The notes under the pieces are model-generated. The model was given only the letters and a program-made list of their open reading frames with translations, searched no databases and was not told the origin of the DNA. Shown one piece after another: positions 27,051-40,639 of a stretch of 64,000 nucleotides of DNA. The position numbers and the translations under genes are program-made. Source of the DNA: Glaucostegus cemiculus (Eukaryota); assembly GCA_976551045.1 (NCBI GenBank), contig CDPCPM010000016.1:29078001-29142000 (forward strand). The letters are read 5' to 3'. Within the stretch, counting starts at the first letter, position 1; every line of letters begins with the position of its first letter.

Positions 27051-28929
27051 ATGACTTGAGTTACAAAACTATAAAACTATAACAAAGAAATTTACAATAA
27101 AAAAAAACTTCAGGAACAGTATGACCTCATATAAGTTAATTCACAACTAATTCTATGCACGTCATTTCTCCCTTTCCCACCCCAACCCTCTTAAATTGCT
27201 CCATATAGGAACTTAGGACCCAATTTAAATGCTTCCGAGGATGCTTGGTCACGAAGGCCACTTTAAAGCCAAAGGATCCCCTCAATTTCCTGCTTGCAGT
27301 TTCCCTAATCCAATTTTAACTTCATTTAAGAAGTCAAAATTCAGTTATATTGTAAGCTTCAAAGGATTTTCCCACTATATTACTTAATTGAAATTTCCAC
27401 TAAGAGGTTTAGATTTAGATTTAAGGCAAATAAGCAGAATTTCAATTTGTGTACTGAAGTTAGAAATGTCCCATAAATTATTATTTCTATTTCATTCTCA
27501 TTGCATACATTGAAAATTAGCTCATGAATTATAGTAGCTTTTTAAAAAAAATATGTGAATACAGCTAAATATTTCTGTTATTAACAAAAGTTCTTTGATC
27601 TTGGAAACTGGGCCACATCATGGAGTCACCATCTGTCCACATTTACTTGGTATGAATGCAGAGGTGGAGTCAGGGTCAACAAGGCTTTAGTGGTGACTAG
27701 GGAACAAGCTAACAAGCTCCAACAGAAATCATAGCTGGTTGTGTGCAGGGAGAGTGGGGGCTGGAAATGGGGGAAGAGTGTGGTGCTGGCAGACAGAGGT
27801 TTAGCTCAACTATCAAGGAATTGAACAGCCTTTAAATGTCTGACATCTGAAAATGATCAAGACTATATATTAAGTATTTAAAATATAAAAAAGGTTACAA
27901 AAAATTTAAATCACATTAAAGGCTTTAAACTTAAGTAAAATAATTTAAAAGAAGATTCCCCATTTCACAGGCCAAGAGTCATTGTTCAAATCTTTGAGGT
28001 CTCAGATCCTATGCTAGCTCTGTCCTAGTGTCAAATCCAAGTAGTCATTCCCAATGAGTAAGCATTCAGCAAGTCTTGTACTAAAAGTGGGCATATGCAA
28101 ACCCGGAATTTATTTCAGTGCAATTGGCTGAACACTTATGGTTCCCTTTGGAAATGTTAACAACAGCCAACATGACTTAACCCATTATTTCCATTTCTCT
28201 TTCATTAGATTCTATCTGACCTTCTGTTTTTACATTATTTTCTGTTTTGATTTCCCATTAATAACTGATTCCTTACATTACTGGCCATGATTTGTAGTCA
28301 TATGTGATGTTACTTTTCCAGCAATTTCAAAAGGCACATGGGGAGAACAGAAAATTTGGATTAATGAAAGATGATAATGATAATGGCAATTAGAAGGTTT
28401 CAGGTGGTGTACAATGCATATGGAAGCAATGAGGTTCAGCAGTTGGAAAGTTTGTACACCTCAGGTTGTCATGAGAAAATAGCAGTGAGTAAGACATCAA
28501 AAGGATAGACTTAGATATGGTGCTTTTGGAAGGCTATGGAGAAAATGAAAAATTGGATGGATGAGAATTTAGCAGTCGCTATAACCTCCCAACAGAAGTT
28601 GCTTCCCCTTTTAGATAGTCCTGTATCATTAGATGAAGTGGCCAATGCTTTTGGCTGAGCCACAGAATACATTGCCTTTTTCCAATCATGCCACATTCTG
28701 GAGACTCAAAATTTTCAAAGCAATGATTATGCTGACTGGAGGATTTAATCTCAAATTTTTTTAAAAAGTAGGTTTCTGTTGTGTCATTTATGCAAACCTA
28801 GTGTCCTAAATCTTATTAGTTCTTCTCCCTGCATGACAAAAATGTTCCAATTCAGTTTTGAAAATACAGGCCACAGAAGTTATATCACCAAGCTGTTGAA
28901 ATGTTAGTACCAGAGAGGCAAAGAGTAAT

Positions 28930-29530
28930 ACTGTGTGGAACTAGACCCTCGGCCTAACTCATCCATGCCGACAATGGTGCCCACCAAGCTAATCCCATTT
29001 GCTCATGTTTGGGACAGAAGCCTCTCAACTTAAATCTCTAGTTTTTAATTCCTCTTCCCTGGGAGAAAAGACTGTGCATTCACCTTATCTATACCCCTAA
29101 TGATTTCATACACCTCTATAAGATCACCCTTCAATCTCTGATGTTCCAAGGAATTAAGTCCTAGTCTGCCCAACCTCTCCCAATAACTCAGGCCCTCCAG
29201 TCCTCGGGGCAACATCTGTGTAAATCTTCTCAGCACTTCTTTCCAGTTAAATGATGGCCAGTATGCCAAACATCTTCTCCACTACCCTATCCACCTGTGA
29301 CACCACTTTCAGCAAACTACGTAATGGTAGCCCTAGGCCCCTCTGTTCCACAACACTCCGCAGGGTCCAATTACTCACAGTACAACTCTCACCTTGGTTT
29401 GACTTCCTAAAATGCAACACTTTGCACTTATCTGAACTGAAAGCCACTTGCCAATCCTAGACCAACTTACCTCACTGATCAAGATCCCCCTGTAATTTTT
29501 GATAATATTCTTCACTGTCTATGATACTGC
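28930..29530 (-). mobile_element. CR1 LINE 3' fragment
   Basis: DKCKVLHFRKSN..EQRGLG..QVDRVVEK; GLSYWERLGRLGLNSLEHQRLKGDLIEVYEI. Confidence 0.9.
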
Positions 29531-29782
29531 CTGATTTAGACTGAACTATACCAATGTCAGATGATTTTAGTATTATCTAACATTGGTATAGATCAATCTA
29601 AATCACTGAGTCTGAATAAAACCACTACTAACCATTTTTCATCGTTTAACATTAGAAAATTTTACAGCTTTATGTGGATTTTGCAATAGTCTCTGTAATT
29701 TGGAGCAAGTAGTAGTAGTTAAGAATCACATTTATCAGCAGTTAGCCAGCTAGCTAGCCAGACCAGTAGTTAGAACTGGTAC

Positions 29783-29863
29783 CTGATATGACGATCTGCG
29801 GAACATCCAGTATGTTACCAAATGAAGCAGTTTTACGGTGGCCTCGTTTTGGTTTTGGACGGG
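29783..29863 (-). CDS. MAP3K7: MAP3K7 cassette exon 12 (81 nt; distinguishes TAK1b from TAK1a)
   Basis: ttgcAG|(A)[26 protein letters not shown]+G|GTacca; symmetric phase 1-1; weak donor. Confidence 0.96.
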
Positions 29864-29889
29864 CTGCAAAATACACACATACAGGTACG

Positions 29890-30008
29890 CATGCAACAAA
29901 TAGCTAAAACAGTTACGAAGCATGTTACAACTTAGAACAATGCCATTCTCCTCACAAAACAAAAACTTTACATGGGTCCAGTTCATGCACAACAAAAGGC
30001 ACCATGCA
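29890..30008 (-). promoter_or_regulatory. Cluster of three RBFOX motifs (UGCAUG) upstream of cassette exon 12
   Basis: catgca on the + strand at 29890-29895, 29984-29989 and 30003-30008 = TGCATG in the pre-mRNA. Confidence 0.75.
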
Positions 30009-30508
30009 AAAGCAAAAATGTTACACTTTACCCAGACTTGTTGCACAAGAAAAGCACATTTAAAGCACAGAGTAGCCAACTTTGTGGTTTACAAAATATC
30101 TTACTGAATAAGCTTTTGAAAATCACAAGGCAGAGCTTCACAACATACACACAGCTCTAAAATACTAAATTCAAATAGCAAAGTTTAAACAATATAGTGC
30201 AGTGCAGAGCAACATTTAACTATTGATGTGATTGATATGGCTAGGGAATTAAACAATTTTGATGGAAGATTTCACAGAAAATGTTTCTCACAGTTGTGGG
30301 GGGTTAACGTAGAAAGCTACAAAGGATTGCCAACCAAAACTAGCACACACAGAATTAATTGGTTTTAGCCTGACGGTTTGACATGAAAACAGTTAGCTTT
30401 ATAAACCAAAATTATTATTTTTTCACTAATCAACTGGAAGTTCTCAAATTTACCTACAAGGTTATTTTTATGTTATATAGGTCCAACCCTTAATTGGTAG
30501 ATTTTTAC

Positions 30509-30674
30509 CTGTAGTAGCATTCATGATTCTGGCCTCCAATTCAGAATAATTGCTGAGGTCAGCACTCAATCTCTTTCCCTCCAGAGTAGCAGCAGCTGAT
30601 TGTGTTCGTCCTCCAGAAAGGCTCTCCACACTGCTCCCTCGAGACAGTGGCAGATTTAATCTCGTAGAGTCACC
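30509..30674 (-). CDS. MAP3K7: MAP3K7 exon 11 (166 nt)
   Basis: taacAG|GDSTRLNLPLSRGSSVESLSGGRTQSAAATLEGKRLSADLSNYSELEARIMNATT+G|GTaaaa; phase 0-1. Confidence 0.95.
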
Positions 30675-32050
30675 CTGTTAGAACAACAGGGGTGCAAGAG
30701 TACAGTATGTGTTTCTGCTTTTTGCAGATTTTTCAGGAGTGACAAAGCATTTGCACATAGTGACTAAGCAATTTTGCAAACATACCACAAATGACATCCA
30801 TTGCAATACTAATATCACAAGTCTCCACATTAAAAAGACAAATGTCAGAAACTAAGCAGACTGCCTCATTCTGCATGCTACTCTCTTATCAGTGTAATTC
30901 TTTCCATTTAAACTGTATAATACATACATAGTCTCATTTTCTTGTAGGTTACTGCTTGGCCACAAGAATTTCCCCGGTTTGGAGGATGACAAGTATTTGG
31001 AGGATGACAAGAAATTCAACAGCGATTTCAGAAGATTTTTTTTTAATCTGATGAGTGGAAAGAATAAGGAACTCACAAATCAGACAGATTCAAACTGATC
31101 TAATTAAGAAGAGACTGGACAAGCACACGAGGGAGAGGAGTTTAGGGGGGTGCAATGATTTCTTGTAATGAGGATAAGTGCAATGAGACACAAGTTGAGT
31201 TCAAGCATCAGTATGGATTAATTGGGATGAAAGGCCAGTTTCAGTGCTCTATACCCAATGTAATTTTACATTTTATTTTAAATTGAACTGTTAAAAAGAC
31301 ATTCTTAACTGTACAAATGTATGACTCTAAGTTAGCAGTTCTCATGGATTGATATCACTTTATTTATGATTTTTTTTTTGCTTGGCTGTTTTAACTGCTT
31401 GTGTACATATAAAAAGAATACATTTAAAATTTAAATTTTATTTACTTTTATATTTCAAAACAGATCAATAAATCTGCTTCAAGACAATTTTATATTTTGA
31501 CACATTTTACTAAAAAATACTTGCCCCATTGCCTTCCCTCCAAAGGGACGGGGTGGGTGGGTTGGTGGGAGGGGAGTTGCACTACTAATCAGGGACAATA
31601 TCACAGCTGCAATCAGAGGGGCATAATGGAGGGCTCGTCTATTGACTCTATATGGGTAGAACTCAGAAATAAGAAACGTGTAATCACTACTCTGATGCGA
31701 TTATACTGCAGACCGCCCCACAACCATTAGCCACTAGGGCACTGGGGAACAGATATGCAGGCAGATTAGGGAAAGGTGTAAAACTAATAGGGTTGTGGTC
31801 ATGGCAGACTCTAACTTCACTAATATAGACTGGGACCTTCTTTGTGTAAGCGGTTTAGATGGGGCAGAATTTGTTTGGTGCATCCAGGAGGGTTTCTTAC
31901 ATTAATATGTAGATAGTCCAATAAAAGGAGGGGCCACACTGGACCTGGTGTTGGGTAACAAGTCTGGCCAGGTGACCGACCTTTCAGTGGGAGAACAGTT
32001 GGGGAACAGTGATCACAACTCCTTAAGTTTTAAGATAGCTAGAGATAAGG

Positions 32051-32500
32051 TCACAAGATCACAAGATAATGGAGCAGAAGCAGGCCAGTCGGCCCATCGA
32101 GTCTGCTCCAAAGGGAAGGGAGGGTGGGGAAAAAAAGAGGTAAAAAAAAAAACCCTACTATTCTAAGTCCAAATCCCTGCCTTATCTCCATATCCCTTGA
32201 TACCTTGACCAATTAGATATCTATCTATTTCCTTCTTGAATATCCCCAATGATCTGGCTTCCACTGCTTTCTGTGGTAAGGAGTTCCACAGGTTCACCAC
32301 CCTCTGGCTAAAGAAATTCCTCCTTATCTCTGTTTTGAACCTGCTTCTTCTAATTCTAAGTTTGTGTCCTCTAGTCCTGGATTCCCCCATCCATGGTCCT
32401 TCATCCATCGACAGAAACAAAACAGGCTGCCGTGTCTCTGTCCCGTCTGTCTGTCTGTCTCTCTTTTTTTCCTCGTAATGACCTCATCACGTTCATCTCC
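32051..32500 (-). mobile_element. CR1 3' tail plus about 100 nt of unrelated sequence, inserted into the + CR1
   Basis: GESRTRGHKLRIRRSRFKTEIRRNFFSQRVVNLWNSLP; tcacaaga repeated at the tail end. Confidence 0.85.
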
Positions 32501-32609
32501 TTGCGAGAGAGTACTAAATTAGAGCAGGGCAAATTACAAGAGCAGTAGGCAGGAACTAGGGAGAATTAATCGGGAACAGCTATTTTTGGGCAAGTCTACA
32601 TCAGACATA

Positions 32610-34271
32610 GAACAAAGAACATCTACAGCACAATTCAGACCCTTCGGCCCACAAAGCTGTGCTGAACATGTCCCGACACTAGAAACTACTAGACTTACCC
32701 ATAGCCCTCTATCTTATTTTGCTCCATGTACCTATCCAACAGTCTCTTGAAAGACCCTATCGTATCCGCCTCCACAACCCTTTCCGGCAGCCCATTCCAG
32801 GCACTCACCACTCTGAGTAAAAAACTTACCCCTGACATCTCCTGTATATCAACTCCCCAGCACCATAAACCTATGTCCTCTTGTGGCCACCATTTTAGCC
32901 CTGGGGAAAAGCCTCTGACTACCTAATCAATACCTCTCATCATCGTATATACCTCTATCAGGTCCCCCCTCATCCTCCTTCTCTCCAAGGAGAAAAGGCC
33001 AAGTTCCCGCAACCTGCTTTCATAAGGCATGCTCCACATTCCAGGCAGCATCCTCGTAAACCTCCTCTGCACCCTCTCTATGGCTTCCACATCTTTCCTG
33101 TAGTGCGGCATCCAGAACTGAGCACAATACTCCAAGTGGGGTCTGACCAGGGACCTATATAACTGAAGCAATACCTCCCGGCTCCTTAATTCAATTCCAC
33201 AACTGATGAAGGACAATACACCATATGCCTTCTTAACCACAGAGTCAACCTGCTCAGCCGCCTTGAGCATCCTATGGACTCGGACCCTAAGATCCCTCTG
33301 ATCCTCCACACTGCCAAGAGTCCTACCATTAACACTATATTCCGCCAACATATTTGACCTACCAAAATGAACCACTTCACACTTATCTGGGTTGAACTGC
33401 ATCTGCCACTTCTCAGCCCAACTCTGCATCCTATCTATGTCCCTCTGCAACCTCTGACAGCCCTCCAAACTATCCACAACACCACCAACCTTCGTGTCAT
33501 CTGCAAACTTACTAACCCACCCCTCCACTTCCTCATCCAGGTCATTTATAAAAATGACAAACAGTAAGGGTCCCAGCACAGATCCCTGAGGTACACCGGA
33601 GGTCACCGACCTCCACTCAGAATACGACCTTTCAACAACCACTCTTTGCCTTCTGCGGGCCAGCCAATTCTGAATCCACACCGCAATGTCCCCTTGGATC
33701 CCATGTCTCCTCACCTTCTCCATAAGCCTTGCATGGGGCACCTTATCAAACACCTTGCTGAAATCCATATACACTACATCTACCGCTCTCCCTTCATTGA
33801 CGTGCTTAGTCACCTCCTCAAAAAATTCGATCAGGCATTAAAGACAGGACCTGCCCTTGACAAAGCTATGCTGACTATTCTTAATCATACTATACCTCTC
33901 CAAATGTTCATAAATCCTGCCTCTTAGGATCCTCTCCATCAGCTTACCAACCACCGAGTTAAGACTCACCTGTCTATATTTCCCCGGGCTATCCCTATTC
34001 CCCTTCTTGAATTAGGGCACAACATCCGCAACCCTCCAATCTTCCGGAACCTCTTCCGTCTCCATCGACGACGCAAGGATCATCGTCAGAGGCTCCGCAA
34101 TCCCTTCCCTCACCTCCCACAGCAACCAGGGGTACATCTCATCCGATCCTGGCGATTTATCTAACTTAATGCTCTCCAAAAGTTTCAGCACCTCCTCTTT
34201 TCTAATATCTACATGCTCAATCTTTTCAGGCCGCTGCAAGCCCCCACTGCAATCCGCTAGATCCTTTTCCT
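32610..34271 (-). mobile_element. Younger 5'-truncated CR1 with an open 296-aa RT segment and a 7-bp target-site duplication
   Basis: [43 protein letters not shown]; agacata at 32603-32609 and 34272-34278. Confidence 0.93.
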
Positions 34272-36534
34272 AGACATATTGAGGGTGTTTAAAGACCAAC
34301 TGCACAGAGTACAGGACAAGTATGTTCCAGTAAGAAGGAAGGATAAGAATGGCAAGAGAACCTTGGATGTCGAGAGCAATAGTGAGTTTAGTCAAGAACA
34401 AATAAGAAAAATATGTAAAGCTTTGGGAACTAGGATCAACAGGGCACTTGAGGATTATAAAGAAGCCTGAAAGGAACTGAAGAAGGGAATTAGGAAAGCC
34501 AGGAGCCATGAAAAGTCCTTGGCAAGTAGGATTTAAAAGAATCCCAAGGCATTCTATACATGCATCAAGAGCAAGAGGATAACTAGGGAGAGAGTATGAC
34601 CACTGACAGATAAAGGAGGGAACATGTGCTTGGAAGTGGAGGATGTGGGTGAGGTCCTTAATGAGTACCTTGCAGCAATATTTACCAAGGAGAAGGATGT
34701 GGAGAATAGGGAGATCCATGTGGAGCATGCAAATATGCTAGGGCATTTCGAGATAAAGGAGGAAGTAGTATTGTGTCTCTTAAAGAGCATTAAGGTGGAT
34801 AAGTTCACAGGGCCTGATGGGATATACCCAAGTTATTGAGAGAGACAAGAGATGAGATTGCTGGGGCCTTGACTAATATCTTCCTGTCCTCTCTAGCCAC
34901 AGGCGATGTCTCAGAGGACTGGCGAGTATCTAATATTGTTCCATTATTCCAGAAGGGAAACAGGGATAATCCTGGTAACTATAGACTGGTGAGTCTCAGG
35001 TCAGTGGTAGAGAAGTTACTGGAGAGGATTCTTGGGAGTAGGATTTATGAGCATTTGGAAAACCATAACCTAATTAGGGACAGTCAGCATAACTTTGTGC
35101 AGGGCAAGTCGTGCCTTACTAACTAACGATTGAGTTTTTTGATGAGTTGATGAGGATGATTGATGAAGGTAGAGCTGTGGATGTTGTCTACATGGACAAG
35201 GTCCCTCATGGGAGGCTCACACAGAAGATTAAGATGCATGGAATCCATGGTGAATTGACTGTTTGGATTCAGAACTGGCTTGCCTGAAGAAGACAGAGGG
35301 TAGTGGTTGATGAGACTTATTCTAACTGGAGGTCTGTGACTAGTGGTGTTCCTCAGGGATCCGTAGTGGGACCCCTGCTGTTTGTGATGTACGTAACTGA
35401 CCTGGATGAAAGTGTACATGGGTAGGTTAATAATTTGCAGAAGAACCGAAGATTGGTGGTGTTGTGGATAGCACAGAAGACAAAGGATACAGCAGGATAT
35501 AGATCAGTTGCAGATATGGGTAGAGAAATGGCAGATGGTGTTCAACCTGGCCGGATGTGAAGTGTTGCTCTTTGGGAGATTAAATGTAAAGAGACAGTAC
35601 ACTGTTAATGGCAAGACCCTTAACAGTTTTCATGAGCAAAGGGATCTTGGGATCCAAGTTCATAGCTCCCTGAAAGTGGTTACATAGGGTGGTAAAGAAG
35701 GCATATGGCATGCATGCCTCCATTAGTCGAGGCATTGAGTTCAAGAGTGGGGGAAGTTATGCTACAGCTTTATAAAACTTTAGTTAGGCCGCATCTGGAG
35801 TATTACATTCAGTTCTGGTCGCCCCATTATGGGAAGGATGTTGAGGCTTTGGAGAGGGTGCAGGACAGGTTTACCAAGATGCTGGCTGGATTAGAGGGCA
35901 TGTGCTATGAAGATAGGCTGGACAACCTTGGGTTGTTTTCTCTGGAGTGACGGAGGCTGAGGGTACATCTGATAGAGGTTTATAAGATTATGAAAGGCAT
36001 AGATATAGTGATAGCCAGTATCTTTTCCCCAGGGTTGAAATGTCTAATACCAGAGGGCATGCATTTAAGTTGACAGGGGTAAGTTCAAAGTAGATGTGCG
36101 GGACAAGTTTTTTTTTAAATGGTGTGGTGGATGCCTGGAATGTGCTGCCTGGGGTGGTGGTGGAGGCAAATACGATGGGACGTTCAAGAAGCTCTTAGAT
36201 AGGCACATGAACATGAGGTAAATGGTAAGATATGGACATTGTGTAGGCAGGAGGGGTTAGTTCAGTTGGGCATTTTATTACTAATGTAATTGGCTCAGCA
36301 CAACATTGTGGGCCAAAGGGCCTTTCTTGTGCTGTACTATGTCAAGAGTCTAATTTTCCCTCCTCCGAACCAGTGAAAATAAATACTGTAGCAACAATAG
36401 GGGGTTAATTAAAGGAAAACAAACTTATGCTGAAGAGCCAATGTTCATACACAATTTAAAGAAAATTATATTAAAGCAAACAAGGACCATTCAATTTAGA
36501 TGAAATAAAGTCACGCATAGGATAAGTTACTCAC

Positions 36535-36686
36535 CGGTTGCTTGGACGTGAGTTTAAGCGACTGGGCCATCTTTGATTCTAAACGCTTGATTGTGTCGTT
36601 GGTAGCATTTGCATGCAAGTCACTAGGTTCTGCATTGGCATCACTCTTGTTACTGGTATTTGTGGAGGTAATTTCCAAGAAAGATC
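36535..36686 (-). CDS. MAP3K7: MAP3K7 exon 10 (152 nt)
   Basis: tgttAG|(G)[50 protein letters not shown]|GTgagt; phase 1-0. Confidence 0.95.
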
Positions 36687-37589
36687 CTAACAAATAGATA
36701 GCACAATTTATCTGTAGTTTCTAAGAAAGCCTTTCTTGTGACCGCAAAGTAATAATCAAAAGCATTTATTATCATGCTTACCAAGAGGATTTAGACTTAA
36801 AAAAAAACAAAGAACTTACTTATGACATGCATAAATGGAGTTTCCAAAATAGCCAATTACCTGAAGTGCAATAATGCTTTCATTATCATTATTCAGCTTA
36901 TCCAAGCTGAAGCTATAAATTAATTGTTAGGTTAAGTGTACAAACATAAATCTTACTTCTAGTCTAAAAGTAATAGACCATTATCATCTAATTAGTAGCA
37001 TGTAATACTAATTAATGTAATACTATTTTTAAAGGGTACAACTTTGTCAACTTTTACAGTGCTACAATGTTAAAAATCTTTAGCTAATTTGTACTACAGT
37101 TTATTTTAATGCATTTCATTCCAGTTTTGAGTGACCTGGTGGATAAATCCATTGCAAGATGGCAGTTTGTGATAACCATAAGTTTTCTGGTTTGTGTTAA
37201 CTGAGATATTCTGCATTGTGGAAGAGACAAAGCTTGAGAAAGATGAAAAAGGAGATGAGTCATGGTTCATAGTGATGATGAGTATCCTGAAACTCTTGCT
37301 AATAATTCATGAGTGAAAGTCAGAAAAAGACTGAGCTTAATCAGGTTGACCTCTAACTGACAATCAGCACATTTGATCTCCCTGTATTGCTTATGGATAA
37401 TGAGTGGCCATTTAAGAGTTGGGAAAGTCTGCCAATGACTTTAACAGGGGTGCCAGTTACTGCTTTCATGAAGGAAATATTTATTTTAAAAAGGAAACTG
37501 GAAAAAGAAAAATCAAATGTTCTATGTTTGTTTTAAACATTTAAACAGGTTCAAATTGATTCACCTTATTCCCCTCAAAAATTATTTAT

Positions 37590-38360
37590 GTAGAACCTTT
37601 AACATGACAAACAACCTGAGGCAGTTCACAGGAGCAATAAAGAAAAATTAACATTGATCCACCCTTAGATTTCCTTGGGCAGATTTTAAGGTGCATTTTA
37701 AAGAAGCAATGTAGAGAAGCAGAGAGGCACCAGTGGGGATTACCAGAACCTATAAAAACAAGGATGGGGATTTCAAAATCAAGTCAGTGCTTAACTGGGA
37801 ACCATCGGAAATCAAAAAGCACTGGTTTAATGGGCAATTTGTAATTTGTCTCTCCATTTAGATAATAGTCTTCTTTGTGATTCCTCCTACTGAGGTACAT
37901 GACCTTATGCTTTCCTACATTAAACTCCATTTTGCCCATTCACTCAACCCATCTGCAGAGTCCAAATGTCCTTATTGTAGTATGCCCTCCCATCTGTTCT
38001 GAATTGACAGCAAACTTGGATATCTTGCACTCTGCCCTTCCTCCAAGTCATTAATATAGATAGTGAATAACTGGGTGCCAATGACCAATCTGTAGGGAAC
38101 TCTAGTAGTTATGCCTTTCTTATTTATCCAGCTCTCTATAGTTTGTGATAACCAGTGTTCAATGTTAACAATTGCCCCCACTGCTGTCAGCTCTTATTTT
38201 GTGCACTAGCTTTTTATGTAGTGTCTTATCAAGTGCTTTCTAGAAATCCAAATACATGTCTATAAGTTCCTCTCTATTGACTCTGCTTGTTTATGTACTC
38301 AAAAAACTCTAGGAAATTTGTTGAACACGATTTTCCTTTTATAAAGCCATGCTGAAATGT
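37590..38360 (-). mobile_element. Decayed L2-like tail and CR1 RT fragment
   Basis: QLFTIYINDLEEG remnant on the minus strand. Confidence 0.6.
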
Positions 38361-38602
38361 TCCATGCCTAAATCAGAGTAGCCGATTCTGTGGATTTATA
38401 TATTTAAAAGACAATTCCATCAGCTCACACTACTGCTGATGCTCCATCTTCAAAGGTTGAGCTCTTATAGTGTATAATTGCATAGTAGTGTATTTCTGTC
38501 AGACAACACTTCACTGCAACATTGTCCTTAATCTTTAGTTACTTCTAGCAGTTAAAGAAATTCTTGTTTCTCCTTTCACAACATTTAGCCACCATTTCAT
38601 AC

Positions 38603-38684
38603 CTGTGCTTGTAGCAGAGTTGCTCTGGCTCACATCTGAATAGTGGCATGGGTACTGAAGAGGTTCATCAGCTCCTGGGAAATA
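38603..38684 (-). CDS. MAP3K7: MAP3K7 exon 9 (82 nt)
   Basis: gtttAG|[27 protein letters not shown]+G|GTatga. Confidence 0.97.
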
Positions 38685-39138
38685 CTAAACAAAAGTAAAG
38701 CAAAAAGACTGGTACTTTGGTTGATGTGCTCATAACCCCACCATAATCTGTACATTGTACCTTGGCAAAAGCAGAGTTTTAGTAAATTTTAGAACTGTGG
38801 GGCCGATGTGCTTCTTGATGCCTTAATCCTGTCTGCAAATTCAGGATTGAGGATGTAAACAAAGCTAAGGAATTTTGATACTGAATCATCTAACTGTTCG
38901 ACTGTTCTTTTGAGAAATCCTTTTCAAATAACACTAAAGGGACAATTTTGTTTAGTTTGTAGCACCTTTAGAATTAGTCACAAGATTGTGGATTCATAGG
39001 CGAGCATAAAATTTAAACTAATCCTGTTCCTATGTGATATATGTAACAGTCATTGTAGCATGACTGCATTAAAGTAAAAACAAAACATCGGCTGGATCTG
39101 AACATTTGTTACTGGAAACTCCTCTACTCAATGTGTTA

Positions 39139-39330
<192 letters not shown>

Positions 39331-40639
39331 TTAAGACTTCAAATATATTGTTGTTTCATCAGTTCAAACATCATAATAATTAATCAACATCAAAATATTA
39401 CCATCTACTAACAAAGATTAGATGTGTTCTTTTTGCTAACTTTTCAAAATAAGAAATTCAACATAATTTTGAAGTTTGGTTGAAGGGTAGGAAATGTACC
39501 ATGTATAATGTTTTTTTTTTGTTCCTCTAAAAATTCTCAGTAAACCTATACTTAATGTGATTGTGTGATTGGAAAAAGAATAGCCATGAACTTGGGGAAA
39601 AATGGATTAATTTAAGAGCATAACATAATCATATCTTAAGTGTCAACTCAGGTTGAAAGTAGGTTAGCTTAACAATGTTGATATACAATTGTTGTACAAA
39701 ATAGGGTCAGACTGACTCCAGGGCACAGCAGGTTTCCAACCTCTAAAATAACAGATGTAAATACATCACTAAAGTGGTGAACTTGTACTCAAGCACTGAA
39801 AATCTTTTCAAGGATGGATAATGGAAAGCCTCATTTACTAAACTTGATCCAATACTTTTAACCATGTAAACTTTGTAGATAGAGTATTATTTTGAAAACA
39901 TATCAAGACAAGTTTTCTTTCGTTTTGTGATTCTGCCAACCCTTCATCACCAACAGCTCCTGATTTTTGAGGAAAGAATCCTGTTCTCAAATCAGTGTCT
40001 GCGCTATATTAAAAATTACCACTAGAAGGTGCAAGAGTGGCAAGACTAAGCAGACCTTCAGTTCTCTCTTTCCTACTAATCTGAATTGTTATCTTCTGAG
40101 AAGAGAGAGAACAAAGCTGAGCCTGACATTATAGTCGTGTTATCTTCTATATCAACAGTTTTATCAGCAGCTTTGATGCTTACTCTTTCCTTCCCTAAGA
40201 AAATAAGTAATTCTTGAATCTGGGAAACAAGTTAAGACAATCATTTACTTTCACCAAGGAAAAATATTTACTCTTAAAATGTTCATGTCTTTATCAGTCA
40301 GAACAAGGATGCCAAAAGACGTCTGCTTGGATATCCAATGTCAGAGGGCACTATAGTACAAGATCTTAGTCACTATCAGGGAAAAGATGATTTTGAATTT
40401 TAAATAAGTACTGAACAACAAATGCTATAAATGCAGATATAACAGACTAAAAAAAATCCTAAAATAATTCTGAAATTCAAGTTACCACTGTCCTTGTATA
40501 AAGGGGATATGTTGTGATGCATTAGCATTTCAGGTTTCATGCAAGTTGGAGGCTGCCATATTTTACTCCCCATCTTTCAAAACCACTGTCACAACCGCTG
40601 TACCCATTATATCATACAGAAAAGACGGGCATAAATTTT

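Larger units (their letters stand above)
31540..36345 (+). mobile_element. Nearly full ORF2 of a CR1 LINE (APE endonuclease + RT, pseudogenised), interrupted by two antisense insertions
   Basis: SIWVELRNKK..YCRPP, LGNSDHNSL, GPDGIYP, NPGNYRLVSL, QGKSCLTN, SGVPQGS, LVRPHLEY, then 3' tail. Confidence 0.92.

Noticed and set aside
32923-33813. 296-aa reverse transcriptase as an active element or a retron-like system
   Set aside because: 5'-truncated CR1 without endonuclease or ORF1, with stops or frameshifts on either side.
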